Of a stretch of DNA of 64,000 nucleotides, positions 1-9,692 are shown in pieces. Below the pieces are notes generated by a model. The model was not told the origin of the DNA. It made no database searches and saw only the letters and a program-made list of their open reading frames with translations. Each line of letters starts with the position of its first letter. Position 1 is the first letter of the stretch. The DNA is from a virus: IMG/VR virus record IMGVR_UViG_3300042691_032880, positions 61,115 through 125,114 of that record. The stretch is one strand, 5' to 3'. The translations under genes were made by a program, and so were the position numbers.

Positions 1-783
1 TAGATTCTTCGACTGTTTTCCAGCAGATCCCAACATACCCAATGTGGTCTGGACACCTTTACCCAACAAGTGAGGATACATCAAAGGATCAGTAAGTAAA
101 TCAATAGTTAAATCAGTAGCAGTATTGTTGACGTTACCTAAACCTCTTGTAGGTGATACCTCACTTGGTCTAGCATACTCTCCTGTTAAACCGTATACTA
201 TTGATTTTTGAGGAATAGCTAAAGCTTCCAATCCACCTGAAAGCAATGAAGTAGTCATTGCCAACTGCGGAGACATTGGATTATAAAACATACTTGTTGT
301 TGGATTGAGTGCTTCACCCATTTCATTTCCAACAGATTCTACATATCCTGGTGCATCAGTTGAAATATTAATTACAGGAAGAGTTACACCTTCCTGTTTT
401 TCTAAATCAGTATATCCTTTTTGTTGTTTAAGCCAGTCTTGATAACTAAGTGCTTTAGCAAGATTTCTTGAACCTCCTGAGTAAGTACCTGTCCAATAGT
501 TTGCAGGTACTGAACCTTCTGACCAGTCTGTTCCTTCAACGTATGGAGTATTGCTTACATAATATCCTTTACCAGTCTGACTCTGCTCTGTTCCTTGGTA
601 TTGATCAAGAGGTCCGCCATCCTGTTTCCTACCACCAGCTATCCAACCAAAGTATCTCTTCTGCTTATCTGTAAGAGGATGACCATGGACTGAACCATCA
701 CGAAGCATCTCCTTCGCTTTAGCGGTAGTAGGACCACCTGCGACATATTTATCCAGAAATGCAGATAAACTATCCTTCTTCAT
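1..783 (-). CDS. Partial (runs off window start) putative internal virion cargo/ejection protein
   Basis: Not in ORF track. ATG at 783 overlaps the muzzle stop (ATGA) and is open to position 1: MKKDSLSAFLDKYVAGGPTTAKAKEMLRDG...RKQDGG. xGG motifs and position after the muzzle gene resemble crAss-like cargo proteins. Confidence 0.6.
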   Translation of the reverse strand, partial: MKKDSLSAFLDKYVAGGPTTAKAKEMLRDGSVHGHPLTDKQKRYFGWIAGGRKQDGGPLDQYQGTEQSQTGKGYYVSNTPYVEGTDWSEGSVPANYWTGTYSGGSRNLAKALSYQDWLKQQKGYTDLEKQEGVTLPVINISTDAPGYVESVGNEMGEALNPTTSMFYNPMSPQLAMTTSLLSGGLEALAIPQKSIVYGLTGEYARPSEVSPTRGLGNVNNTATDLTIDLLTDPLMYPHLLGKGVQTTLGMLGSAGKQSKNL

Positions 784-3700
784 CGTGGACTCAGTGTTTC
801 TTTTACCGCTGTAACTTTCAAGTTATACTTTAGATTATCAGAGACAGTTTTCCCTAAAATTAACCTATTTCCGTAATGCCTGAATTTTTTTCTTTCTAGC
901 GGCGATTTGTTATAATCTATGTATGTGGGATTCAATACTTTACGATATCCGTTCTGTTCGGTATTAAACATACGATATTGAATACCAGAGAACTCACCCC
1001 TGTCCTTGGTAGCATCCCAGAACTGGTTGAAGCGATACTTGTTCTCTTCTTTTGAAAACATGATCTCTATTCCATTTGGTGTAATCTTGGGATAGTTCAA
1101 CATCTCAGATGGACTATACGGCTTTAGATTCAGCTTCAGAAGACCTGAGTTTTGCTCCGTATTATAAACCATGGCATAGTCAAAGTTAGCGTCCAGCACA
1201 TGATATGGATCTATACAATCTTGGGAGTAGTTCAGTACCTCTAGATAATATTCCACACTCTTGATGGTATTTATATTCACTCCTGTATTGACAGGCATCT
1301 CCACTTCAAAAGCATAGTTTCTTCCATAGAAGTTGCAGAAACTGTTACATGTATCGTTATGCTTCCAGAAGGTATTTCCGTTTACGGTATAGAAATGGTC
1401 GTTAGTTCCCAATACATGGTTAGGATGCCAGTCGTGGAAACTGATCCACATCTTCGTTTTTGGATCGTAACTGATTGTCCAAGAGCAGTCTTCGAAGTAT
1501 TCTGGATCACCCAGTTCAATTCTTAGTAATCCCGACTGGCGATTCACATAAAAATAATCTTGCTGCTCATCATACTTTACTGCCGTAGACTTTGCCTTAA
1601 AATCCCTTTTACAGAAATACACAATCTCATATTGGGTATCATATACCGTCTGACATCCAATTCCCACAACGGTATTTTCAACGTGAGGGAAGTTCGGATA
1701 CTGAGTGGTCAATACGTTAGGAAGATGCTGAATAAACCAGTAACGCATACCGTTCATTGCAATATCGGAAATTGATCCGCCATAGTACCACAACACCTTT
1801 CCGCTATTTCGACTCATCCAGAATGTTCCATAAGGTGTGTTTACTACCGACTTGGTATCCTGGCAGGAAGCATATTCAAATTCATCATCAGCATTTACCA
1901 ATGACTGGAATGGTTGAGCAAACAGACCACCATCTCCAATGGTAATCTTGGTACCAGCTCCTGTTTGCAATTGATCAACTCCAGTAAAACTGGTTGGCTC
2001 AGCGTCTTCAAACAGAATCAATCCACCAGTTCGATTAATTGGTTTTATGGAAGATATGGTATTTTCAAAGTCCTTGTAGTTGTTGGGTAGGTATATCCTC
2101 CAGGAATCCCTAGCCTGTTCCGATATCTGAGGAAGACTATAATAAACCTTGCTCCTATTATAGGTAAAACAAGTCTCGGCAACATTGGGGTCATATGACC
2201 TAGGAAGGATTTTTCCAAATCCTACATAGTTGCTGAGAAGTTTGCTGACGGACAAGGAAAAGTCATACTTATAATAATTTCCTGTCTTTATAATATCGGT
2301 TCTGAAAAGACGCGATGTATCTGTAAAATCGGTGCGATCGTAGTGTCTTTGACTATCAAGTTCCCCGTAATCCCTGAATGCCAGATTGATTTCGGATTCA
2401 ACAAAGAAGTCACGAACACCATTGTAGAACAAATAAAACCATGCACTTGTGATCTGAAAACTGTTTGTTGCAGAAGTATTCCTATCCAAGTGATGGTATG
2501 CACTGGCTGCAGTAATAAATCCTAGAAGATTCCCAGAGGTAAGGGATGACCAACTTAACGGTGTCTGTATCGCAGAACCATCCATCTTATCGAAGTTCGC
2601 CCAGTATCTAGGATACAAAACGTTGGCATACTGCTTATAATCTATTTCGGTTCCATCAGGAACATCAAATAACCAAGTATTGAAAAACATGAACGGGTTT
2701 TTCTCAGTGTACCTGTTGATATAGATATCACCTCCGAACATTGTTCCTGAGTTATACAACTTGTTTTTTATTCTAGAACTGGTCAGGAAATAACATGTGT
2801 TCATGGGTATCTGGGTAATACTCTCCAACTGCCCATATTGATTTTGCAAATCAACTTTAAGACCTACGTAATAAGCTGAAGTCTTTGTTGTAATGCTTTT
2901 GTTTACAGGATCATTCAGTCCTATCGTAGTATCACTTACTCTTTTTCTAGATTGGTCTTCTATGCTGCTGTCATTAGCAGACACTGCAGGAAATGTTCCG
3001 AATATCTTGGTAGCAACATAATTATTCCTGTACAGGTTATTGATCACATAATCAACATCAAACGACTGTACTTGGTCGCGGATGTAAATACTGTTATCAT
3101 GTTTTCTTCTAGTTGATCCCAAATCGGTGTCAGGACATACCTTCTTGTACTTGGAATAGAACCCATGCGAATTATATTGAAGAGCATACTGTTTGTACGG
3201 AAGCAATGCATATATGATACGCAAGGCTTCTTCTGTACCTTTACCTGCAAAGTAATCAATGGTACTGATCAAAAGCAGATACATCGCAGCATCCGCTATG
3301 GCTTGACCAACCTTGGTCTGGTATCCTGGAACAAGGGTTCTAAAATCAAGACCTGACAGTTCACCGCCAGCATTCACAATAGTAGGGAAACTCATACCTG
3401 TCCATGCACCAGAGTGATATCCTGTTGATGTACCTCCAACAAAACCACCATATGCACCGTTTGAAAACGCAAGAGGCATATTACCGACACCTGCAAGAAG
3501 TGCAGCACTTGCATTTGCATTTACAGGTGGAAGACCCAATCCAAAGTTCGTAGCTATAGCTGTTGCAGCAACTGCTTGTGTAACATCATCCGCAGTTTTA
3601 GTAATAGATCCACGACCTCCAATACCGTTTTTGATTGCAAGACTCGTACCTACGGTCAAAGCAATCAGATAAGAAGCATTGGTAATAAGCTTGTGTTTGG

Positions 3701-5600
3701 GGTGACCGTACGGATATTCAAACTTTCCTGTGGCATCTCCGTATTCCCTGGTATAAATCTTTACTTCATCGTATCCCAGGAAAGGATTTGCAAAGTTGGT
3801 TTCTGGACTATGGAAACTGAAATAATCGTTTTTATATTCACTAAGTCCGCTTCCCTCATTATCAGGTGATTCACCCTGGTTCAATGCAAAAGAAGTCCTT
3901 AGGAACTTATCAATCCTCAAATCATTATAAGGATAATTCTGATACAATACCTTACGATTATCAGTATTGCTATACTGACGCATGTTATTCAACAGACCTT
4001 TTGCAATGACAGTTCTATTACCTTCGCGCGTACCCCTGAGGATTTCATATCCTATGATGTTCTCAATTGGATTACCATTATTATCAAGAGGGTGTTTTAT
4101 GTTGTCAAACCTTACACCTAACATATAAATCTTGTCTCCTCCTTGATTGTGGATGTGGGATGTACAACTATCTGGAAACTTGTGGTGACGTATAGGAATA
4201 CCGCACAGTTCACCCCATACTTCAGGTCTATTAATTGGATACTTTTCAGTTGACTCCCAATAACCCATTAAACCTTCCTTGGTTACAATACCACCATCTG
4301 GAAGAACTTGATTGAGATTGTTTGATGTTATTGTTGCCGTGTTGTAAACCTGCCAATAATAATCCTGATCAGGATACAATGTATCAGGATTACCAGGTAA
4401 TCTAAAAAGATCGGTAGGGAAAGAAGCCCTTCCTGGTATGTGGTAACTTGCGGACTTGTCACCGTCATTGTATAGCCACCTGATGAAGAAAGCATACTGC
4501 TCATCCCTCATATAGGATGTGTTGGTACCTCCTTTGTAGTAGTAATCCGAAGGATATTCGATCTCTTGCCAGTACGTTGTTATCTGATTGGCTAAAGGTT
4601 GATAGTTGAATTCAAACTTGCTGTATATCCCAGACCTCATCAAATATCCGTTCAGTGAAAACATCTTGTCACACTTTTCAAATATTGGATTGACCTGTGG
4701 TATTAGATTGAGAGGTATTACTGGTAATGCCTCCGAATAGTTATCAATGTATACAGTAGTTTGATTGGTACTGTAGTTTCCAATCTTTGTAGCGACCGTC
4801 TGTGCAGCAACCGTACTTATTATGACCAGTTCATATTCTTCAAAACGGGTATCTATCGATGATATGTCAACCTGAATTCCTCCAGCAATACCGATGTGTT
4901 CCCACATGCTCATGATATTGCTTGGAGTAAAATAGTTGGTAACCCTCTGACCGTTTATGGAATAAGCAATCGTTGCTTGGTATGAACCATTCAACAATGA
5001 ACCTGCTCCAGTAGATTTAGTCAATGTAAAACACGGTGGATCAACAAGATAACTCAACCTGGTTTGCTCACAGTCTAGACAATCACTGAATATTTGAGTG
5101 GGACAATCAGGGTTTGTTCTATCCCATGTATATTGGTAAGGGGGATTATCAAGGTTGATAGTCCTATCAGGATTCAATCCATCAGCAAAAAATACAGACC
5201 ATGTACAATCAAAATTGTATTGGGCGTATCCTGTTATCAAATGACTCCTGTCAAATCCAAGACAAGCGTCTTGTATGACTTTCTTATATCCGCAGGTCGA
5301 CTCGGTAAATATACCTATTTCAGAAAGAACGTCATTCGTAGAAAAAACAATCCAATTGTCCGAATCCCTACGAACAATTCCTATGACTGTATACGGAGCC
5401 TCGAAACAAAAGTAATTTGAAGGTTCGTTACCCACAGTTCCAGAATCCCCTTTATGAGAATTGGTAACAGCATTTATCGCATTTATCCATATACCATCGG
5501 GAATATAACTATCGTTATAGTCCTTTATCATACCCTTGGTATGAGTGATGCTCTTGGTAGAGTTAAGATCGACGCCGCTGGAAGTGGTGCTCTTTGCCAT
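780..5600 (-). CDS. Tail stabilisation/muzzle protein (P22 gp10-like, crAss-like)
   Basis: 1606 aa; N-terminal KGMIKD..NAINA, IRHHKFPD, C-terminal WTISYDPKTKMWISFHDWHP and KKFRHYGN; downstream of ring-protein genes. Confidence 0.75.
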   Translation of the reverse strand: MAKSTTSSGVDLNSTKSITHTKGMIKDYNDSYIPDGIWINAINAVTNSHKGDSGTVGNEPSNYFCFEAPYTVIGIVRRDSDNWIVFSTNDVLSEIGIFTESTCGYKKVIQDACLGFDRSHLITGYAQYNFDCTWSVFFADGLNPDRTINLDNPPYQYTWDRTNPDCPTQIFSDCLDCEQTRLSYLVDPPCFTLTKSTGAGSLLNGSYQATIAYSINGQRVTNYFTPSNIMSMWEHIGIAGGIQVDISSIDTRFEEYELVIISTVAAQTVATKIGNYSTNQTTVYIDNYSEALPVIPLNLIPQVNPIFEKCDKMFSLNGYLMRSGIYSKFEFNYQPLANQITTYWQEIEYPSDYYYKGGTNTSYMRDEQYAFFIRWLYNDGDKSASYHIPGRASFPTDLFRLPGNPDTLYPDQDYYWQVYNTATITSNNLNQVLPDGGIVTKEGLMGYWESTEKYPINRPEVWGELCGIPIRHHKFPDSCTSHIHNQGGDKIYMLGVRFDNIKHPLDNNGNPIENIIGYEILRGTREGNRTVIAKGLLNNMRQYSNTDNRKVLYQNYPYNDLRIDKFLRTSFALNQGESPDNEGSGLSEYKNDYFSFHSPETNFANPFLGYDEVKIYTREYGDATGKFEYPYGHPKHKLITNASYLIALTVGTSLAIKNGIGGRGSITKTADDVTQAVAATAIATNFGLGLPPVNANASAALLAGVGNMPLAFSNGAYGGFVGGTSTGYHSGAWTGMSFPTIVNAGGELSGLDFRTLVPGYQTKVGQAIADAAMYLLLISTIDYFAGKGTEEALRIIYALLPYKQYALQYNSHGFYSKYKKVCPDTDLGSTRRKHDNSIYIRDQVQSFDVDYVINNLYRNNYVATKIFGTFPAVSANDSSIEDQSRKRVSDTTIGLNDPVNKSITTKTSAYYVGLKVDLQNQYGQLESITQIPMNTCYFLTSSRIKNKLYNSGTMFGGDIYINRYTEKNPFMFFNTWLFDVPDGTEIDYKQYANVLYPRYWANFDKMDGSAIQTPLSWSSLTSGNLLGFITAASAYHHLDRNTSATNSFQITSAWFYLFYNGVRDFFVESEINLAFRDYGELDSQRHYDRTDFTDTSRLFRTDIIKTGNYYKYDFSLSVSKLLSNYVGFGKILPRSYDPNVAETCFTYNRSKVYYSLPQISEQARDSWRIYLPNNYKDFENTISSIKPINRTGGLILFEDAEPTSFTGVDQLQTGAGTKITIGDGGLFAQPFQSLVNADDEFEYASCQDTKSVVNTPYGTFWMSRNSGKVLWYYGGSISDIAMNGMRYWFIQHLPNVLTTQYPNFPHVENTVVGIGCQTVYDTQYEIVYFCKRDFKAKSTAVKYDEQQDYFYVNRQSGLLRIELGDPEYFEDCSWTISYDPKTKMWISFHDWHPNHVLGTNDHFYTVNGNTFWKHNDTCNSFCNFYGRNYAFEVEMPVNTGVNINTIKSVEYYLEVLNYSQDCIDPYHVLDANFDYAMVYNTEQNSGLLKLNLKPYSPSEMLNYPKITPNGIEIMFSKEENKYRFNQFWDATKDRGEFSGIQYRMFNTEQNGYRKVLNPTYIDYNKSPLERKKFRHYGNRLILGKTVSDNLKYNLKVTAVKETLSPR

Positions 5601-5606
5601 AATTCA

Positions 5607-6734
5607 TCAATAGTGGAATGGATGTGAAGGATACGGACCCCTCACATTTTTGAATCCTCCATACCAAGCATAGCTGTTAAACATGTTATAGTACTTTGCA
5701 TACATCGCCTTGCGGTTCTTCTCCCACATGCGTTTCATCTCTCCATAGTCTGGAGTATTGATGAAGCTGAGTGCATTGGTACGGGTAATCATCAATTTGG
5801 ATTGAACCAATTGAAGTTTTTGTGCAACCGTAGGTTCCCCGTTCATGAACAGGTTTTCCAGAATACGCTCTTTCAATGCATACTCATAATATTCATTTAC
5901 GGTAGGATGATCCAAGACAAGCAAGTTGCCTTCATCATCTTCCATCAAGGATTCATAGTTTATGTAAACCCGTCCTTCTTTGAAATTAATTGTATGAATA
6001 AATCCGTCCTTGATTTTCATTCGGTAGTTGTATCCACCTACGTTTGCAAGATTGCACTCGGGTTCTCCATAGTTGTATGGAATGATTTCAATAGGAACAG
6101 GTCTTGGAAACTCCCTTATGAGTCCGGGTCTATTTTCAACAATTTTGCAACCATCAGGACAATTATCAAGACTGATGCTGCAGTTACCAACAATATTTGC
6201 TGCGGCAATAATAGTAATGCGCGCAGCATTCCAGGTTTCAAAAACCTTGACTTTGATTTGGTTTTCGTTGAGGATGACGTATTCAAAGTTGACATAATCT
6301 TTTTCCGAGTTTTGAACCTTGATTACCAAATCTGTGGAACCAAGATTATGGGTTACGATATTCCATCCTTCACCCAAGTCTGCAACCTGGATCAAAGGAC
6401 GTGCGTTTACAATCTCAGCAAGTTTGACCATTTGATCATACATGGTCTCCATCTGCGATTGTGTACATGAAGTATACGTCTCGTTAGCAACTCCGCATAG
6501 CATTGCAAAGTTCATGACATAAAAATCAGCAGGCAGTTTTCCTTTTCCGTTGTGTACATCTATCAGTTTACCCCTGCTTGGATTTATCTTCAAACCGAGT
6601 TCATAATTGACTCTGATAGCAACTTTCAACAATTCCTGAGGATTCAGAAAGTTGTCTTGGTCAAATGTGTAAAGGTCGCTTCTGACCGAGTTCATCAGGT
6701 CATCGAAGGTCCTGTATTGGAGTTCGGTCTTCAT
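5607..6734 (-). CDS. Tail ring/tubular protein with an inserted THNLG domain
   Basis: 375 aa; MEDDEGNLLVLDHP..EYYEYALK motif of crAss-like ring proteins; gene order. Confidence 0.6.
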   Translation of the reverse strand: MKTELQYRTFDDLMNSVRSDLYTFDQDNFLNPQELLKVAIRVNYELGLKINPSRGKLIDVHNGKGKLPADFYVMNFAMLCGVANETYTSCTQSQMETMYDQMVKLAEIVNARPLIQVADLGEGWNIVTHNLGSTDLVIKVQNSEKDYVNFEYVILNENQIKVKVFETWNAARITIIAAANIVGNCSISLDNCPDGCKIVENRPGLIREFPRPVPIEIIPYNYGEPECNLANVGGYNYRMKIKDGFIHTINFKEGRVYINYESLMEDDEGNLLVLDHPTVNEYYEYALKERILENLFMNGEPTVAQKLQLVQSKLMITRTNALSFINTPDYGEMKRMWEKNRKAMYAKYYNMFNSYAWYGGFKNVRGPYPSHPFHY

Positions 6735-7405
6735 TTGGTATTGCTTACAAAGTCTTGTTTGACATCACCTGGTATGCTAATACTTGTAGCCAGGTCTTTC
6801 ATCACGTTCTGCTCCATCTCCCCATACAGGTACATTGGAACAGAGAATGGTTCATCCTGCATATAAATGCAGTCATGTTCAGTATCGCAATTGTAGTTTC
6901 CTATACCTGACCTGAATAGTCCTTCCACCCTGATGGCTGGCCAGTCAACACTGGGGACATAGATGTAGTCGTTGACTATGTAATAGTAAGGAGTCTTGTT
7001 GTATCTAAAGGTCTTCTGCCTCACCATCGCCTGATAGGTCGAGGGATAAGTCATGGTAAGAGGAGTGGTTCCATCAATGCTAGTTATGGACCTGATGATT
7101 GGACCATAGCTGCCATCGTATGTGGGTGGAATCTTATGCTGACTACGCTTGATTGTACAACCCGAAGTAATGCAGAAACATCCTACATCAGCCTTATCCA
7201 CGTCAATAAGAGGGAAGTAATCCAGCGTGTGAAATATGTTATTGTACTTACGAAGAATGCCTTTGTCATCCTCACGCTTGATTAGCCAGGATATATGTTT
7301 AAGAATCAAGGAGTAGATATACCTATCCGTTACAAATGCATCCACCGTAACGGATTTAATCTGGTTCCTGACCCTGCTTATTGCTTCTGATACTTTTGTT
7401 ACCAT
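6731..7405 (-). CDS. Tail ring/adaptor protein
   Basis: 224 aa; AISRVRNQIK..D..VTDRYIY and YYYIVNDYIY motifs; gene order. Confidence 0.55.
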   Translation of the reverse strand: MVTKVSEAISRVRNQIKSVTVDAFVTDRYIYSLILKHISWLIKREDDKGILRKYNNIFHTLDYFPLIDVDKADVGCFCITSGCTIKRSQHKIPPTYDGSYGPIIRSITSIDGTTPLTMTYPSTYQAMVRQKTFRYNKTPYYYIVNDYIYVPSVDWPAIRVEGLFRSGIGNYNCDTEHDCIYMQDEPFSVPMYLYGEMEQNVMKDLATSISIPGDVKQDFVSNTK

Positions 7406-7407
7406 GG

Positions 7408-7938
7408 TCAGCAGTTTTGTTTAAAGTAAAAGTTAGCCTCTTCCTTGCGTCTTTTTACAAGACCTGGAAATACTTTTCCACCCGCTTTTACCCACTTGGC
7501 AAACTCGTTTCGGATTTCAGGATTTTCAGGATCGGTATTGACTTTCCGAAGAAGAGTGCTCCTTCGGAAAGCACCAATACCTACGTTATATGTAAAGGAC
7601 ACAAGCGCACCAAACTGGCAATCAGTAAGTTGCACTCGTATCTCGTCTGTTACCTTCTTTGCAAAATCTTCTACTATCTTCCTTAAAAGCTTTTCAGCTT
7701 CTACAGCATCAATTTTATCACCTTCTTTGACCTTCGTACCATCTGGATAGAATGTATTTCCATACCCTATGGTCCATACGCCTACAACATCCTGATACGC
7801 TTTAGAACGAAAACCCTCATATTTTTTTATCATATCGAGGGTTTCCTGCGTAACAGTGTATCCTTTAGGAGCAGATTCAACAACCTTTACTGCGGCTGTC
7901 CTAAAGGATTTCAGAAATCGCATTAATGATTTAAACAT
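7408..7938 (-). CDS. Endolysin, GH24 (T4/P21-type) lysozyme
   Basis: YEGFRSKAYQDVVGVWTIGYG (E-D-T triad), ALVSFTYNVG, GLVKRRKEE. Confidence 0.95.
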   Translation of the reverse strand: MFKSLMRFLKSFRTAAVKVVESAPKGYTVTQETLDMIKKYEGFRSKAYQDVVGVWTIGYGNTFYPDGTKVKEGDKIDAVEAEKLLRKIVEDFAKKVTDEIRVQLTDCQFGALVSFTYNVGIGAFRRSTLLRKVNTDPENPEIRNEFAKWVKAGGKVFPGLVKRRKEEANFYFKQNC

Positions 7939-8519
7939 TAGTCAAGTTCTAAGGGATTGTAATCTATAAGTCTTTCTTTATTAACCTCATCCATGCGAAC
8001 ATCCCTCATGTATCTCCTGTATAGTTTAGAGACTTTAAGGGTATGATCCACTTGGATGTACTTTTTCCAGTTCTCAGGATATACCTCTCCAACCTTCTTT
8101 GTGAATCCTCTACATCCTTTGAACGCCCAAACATCATGGAACTTGAACTTGTATTTGGTTCCATAATTCGTGTAGAAGATCTTTGCTAGGTAATTGTCGC
8201 TTTCCCAGTTCCTATGCTGAATCACCTTCAAATATTCCATGCTGGTCTTGAAGTCTACGTTCTTACGAACCTTGGGTTGACAGGTCCCTAGGAACAGGTG
8301 TCCTAACTGATCAGGAAGTTCAATACCATCCCTAAAATCAAGAACGGTGTCCACAATTGCTTTGTTGGCAGCAATAATGATTTCCCTGATTTTCTTGGGG
8401 TCTTTTACCAAACACTCTTCCTTTTTGGAAAGTTGTTTGACCATGGTAGGAGACAACATGTTAAACCTCGGTGCTTTATACCGCGGACCCTTCTTGTTAA
8501 CCTTTATTGTATCCTTCAT
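7938..8519 (-). CDS. IHF/HU-like DNA-binding protein (crAss-like)
   Basis: 193 aa, basic; IVDTVLDFRDGIELPDQLGHLFLG resembles the HU/IHF core; typical position before ring genes. Confidence 0.5.
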   Translation of the reverse strand: MKDTIKVNKKGPRYKAPRFNMLSPTMVKQLSKKEECLVKDPKKIREIIIAANKAIVDTVLDFRDGIELPDQLGHLFLGTCQPKVRKNVDFKTSMEYLKVIQHRNWESDNYLAKIFYTNYGTKYKFKFHDVWAFKGCRGFTKKVGEVYPENWKKYIQVDHTLKVSKLYRRYMRDVRMDEVNKERLIDYNPLELD

Positions 8520-8531
8520 AACTCCCTCTAA

Positions 8532-8540
8532 TATAATATA
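8532..8540 (-). promoter_or_regulatory. Putative late promoter motif TATATTATA
   Basis: Same 9-mer precedes several minus-strand transcription units. Confidence 0.55.
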
Positions 8541-8558
8541 ATGATTTTTTATTTTATA

Positions 8559-8592
8559 GTGAAGTCCCCTGCCATCAACAGGGGAGCTTCAC
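8559..8592 (-). terminator. Intergenic hairpin, possible terminator or processing stem
   Basis: GTGAAGTCCCCTG...CAGGGGAGCTTCAC inverted repeat; no clear U-tract on the minus strand. Confidence 0.4.
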
Positions 8593-8624
8593 CTCAAATC
8601 AGGTGTACCAACCAACCTGATATT

Positions 8625-9692
8625 TTAACATTGAACCGATGTAAAACTTATACCTTGACCTCCTTGACTTGTAGGAACACTCAGATTTGCATAGGAATAC
8701 TGAAGACCATCGCACCCAGGTCCAGGAGGAAACTCGACAACAGCACCTTGTTTTATTGTAGTAACAGGAGTCCAACCTGAAGACACATATCCTCCAATAG
8801 GATGTATCACCGTACCGTTTATATACTTAGGTGGTTCTGCCTGGGTAACACCTGCAACACCTGTGGGAACGCAAGCATATCCTTTTGGAACTTGTCTAGC
8901 ACATATGTAAAAGACACGACCAGCAGGAGTCTTATTTCCTATTTTGTGTACAAATCCATTACAGTCTTCCCATTCAAGCGACCAGTTTTCTCCAGTATAG
9001 ATTGCATAAGTATCGCACTCGCCTACAATAATATCAGATACGGGTGGACAACTGAATGTTTCGGTTCCTGTAGATGTTGCAATCTCTAATGACATTACAA
9101 TCTGATATTCCACTGGAACTTGTCCTGGATTCTGATAGTCTACAAGATCTGCAGACGTTATTGGAAATGTGTAATTTGTAAGAGGAAGTGCGGCTTGTAT
9201 ATCCGTATATGGTACCACATACGTTCCCAAATATGTAGGACCGCCTGTAATCTGATAAACTGCAAAAGAGTAGTTTATAATACTGTATTCACCTGGATCC
9301 AGAAATGAAGTTCCACTAAAGTCATACAGACTTACAATAAAATCATATGAGCTAGTGTCAGGATTCCATTGCACTGATACTGTATAATACGGACATTGTT
9401 CAACCCATATGTCTCCGCTGATAGGTGAGTCCACCGTTACCTCATCACTGCAAGTCTGTCTTATGAAAAACTGGTAAGTAGTTGCAGGAAAAAACTCAGG
9501 AGGATTTCCATATACGTCATTGATCAACTGATTCGTTACTGTACCACCTGCCGTATTGATTGAGAAAGTACCCACTGTAGTATTAAATACCCAAGGTGAA
9601 TACGTTCCATCAGGCAGTACATGGCGATAGTAAAGTTCTCCCAGTACGGCTAACGGACTGCATATATAATTGATATCAAATTTTATAGCCAT
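8625..9692 (-). CDS. Putative virion fibre/decoration protein
   Basis: 355 aa, beta-rich, Cys/Pro/Thr-rich, inside the structural module. Confidence 0.5.
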   Translation of the reverse strand: MAIKFDINYICSPLAVLGELYYRHVLPDGTYSPWVFNTTVGTFSINTAGGTVTNQLINDVYGNPPEFFPATTYQFFIRQTCSDEVTVDSPISGDIWVEQCPYYTVSVQWNPDTSSYDFIVSLYDFSGTSFLDPGEYSIINYSFAVYQITGGPTYLGTYVVPYTDIQAALPLTNYTFPITSADLVDYQNPGQVPVEYQIVMSLEIATSTGTETFSCPPVSDIIVGECDTYAIYTGENWSLEWEDCNGFVHKIGNKTPAGRVFYICARQVPKGYACVPTGVAGVTQAEPPKYINGTVIHPIGGYVSSGWTPVTTIKQGAVVEFPPGPGCDGLQYSYANLSVPTSQGGQGISFTSVQC

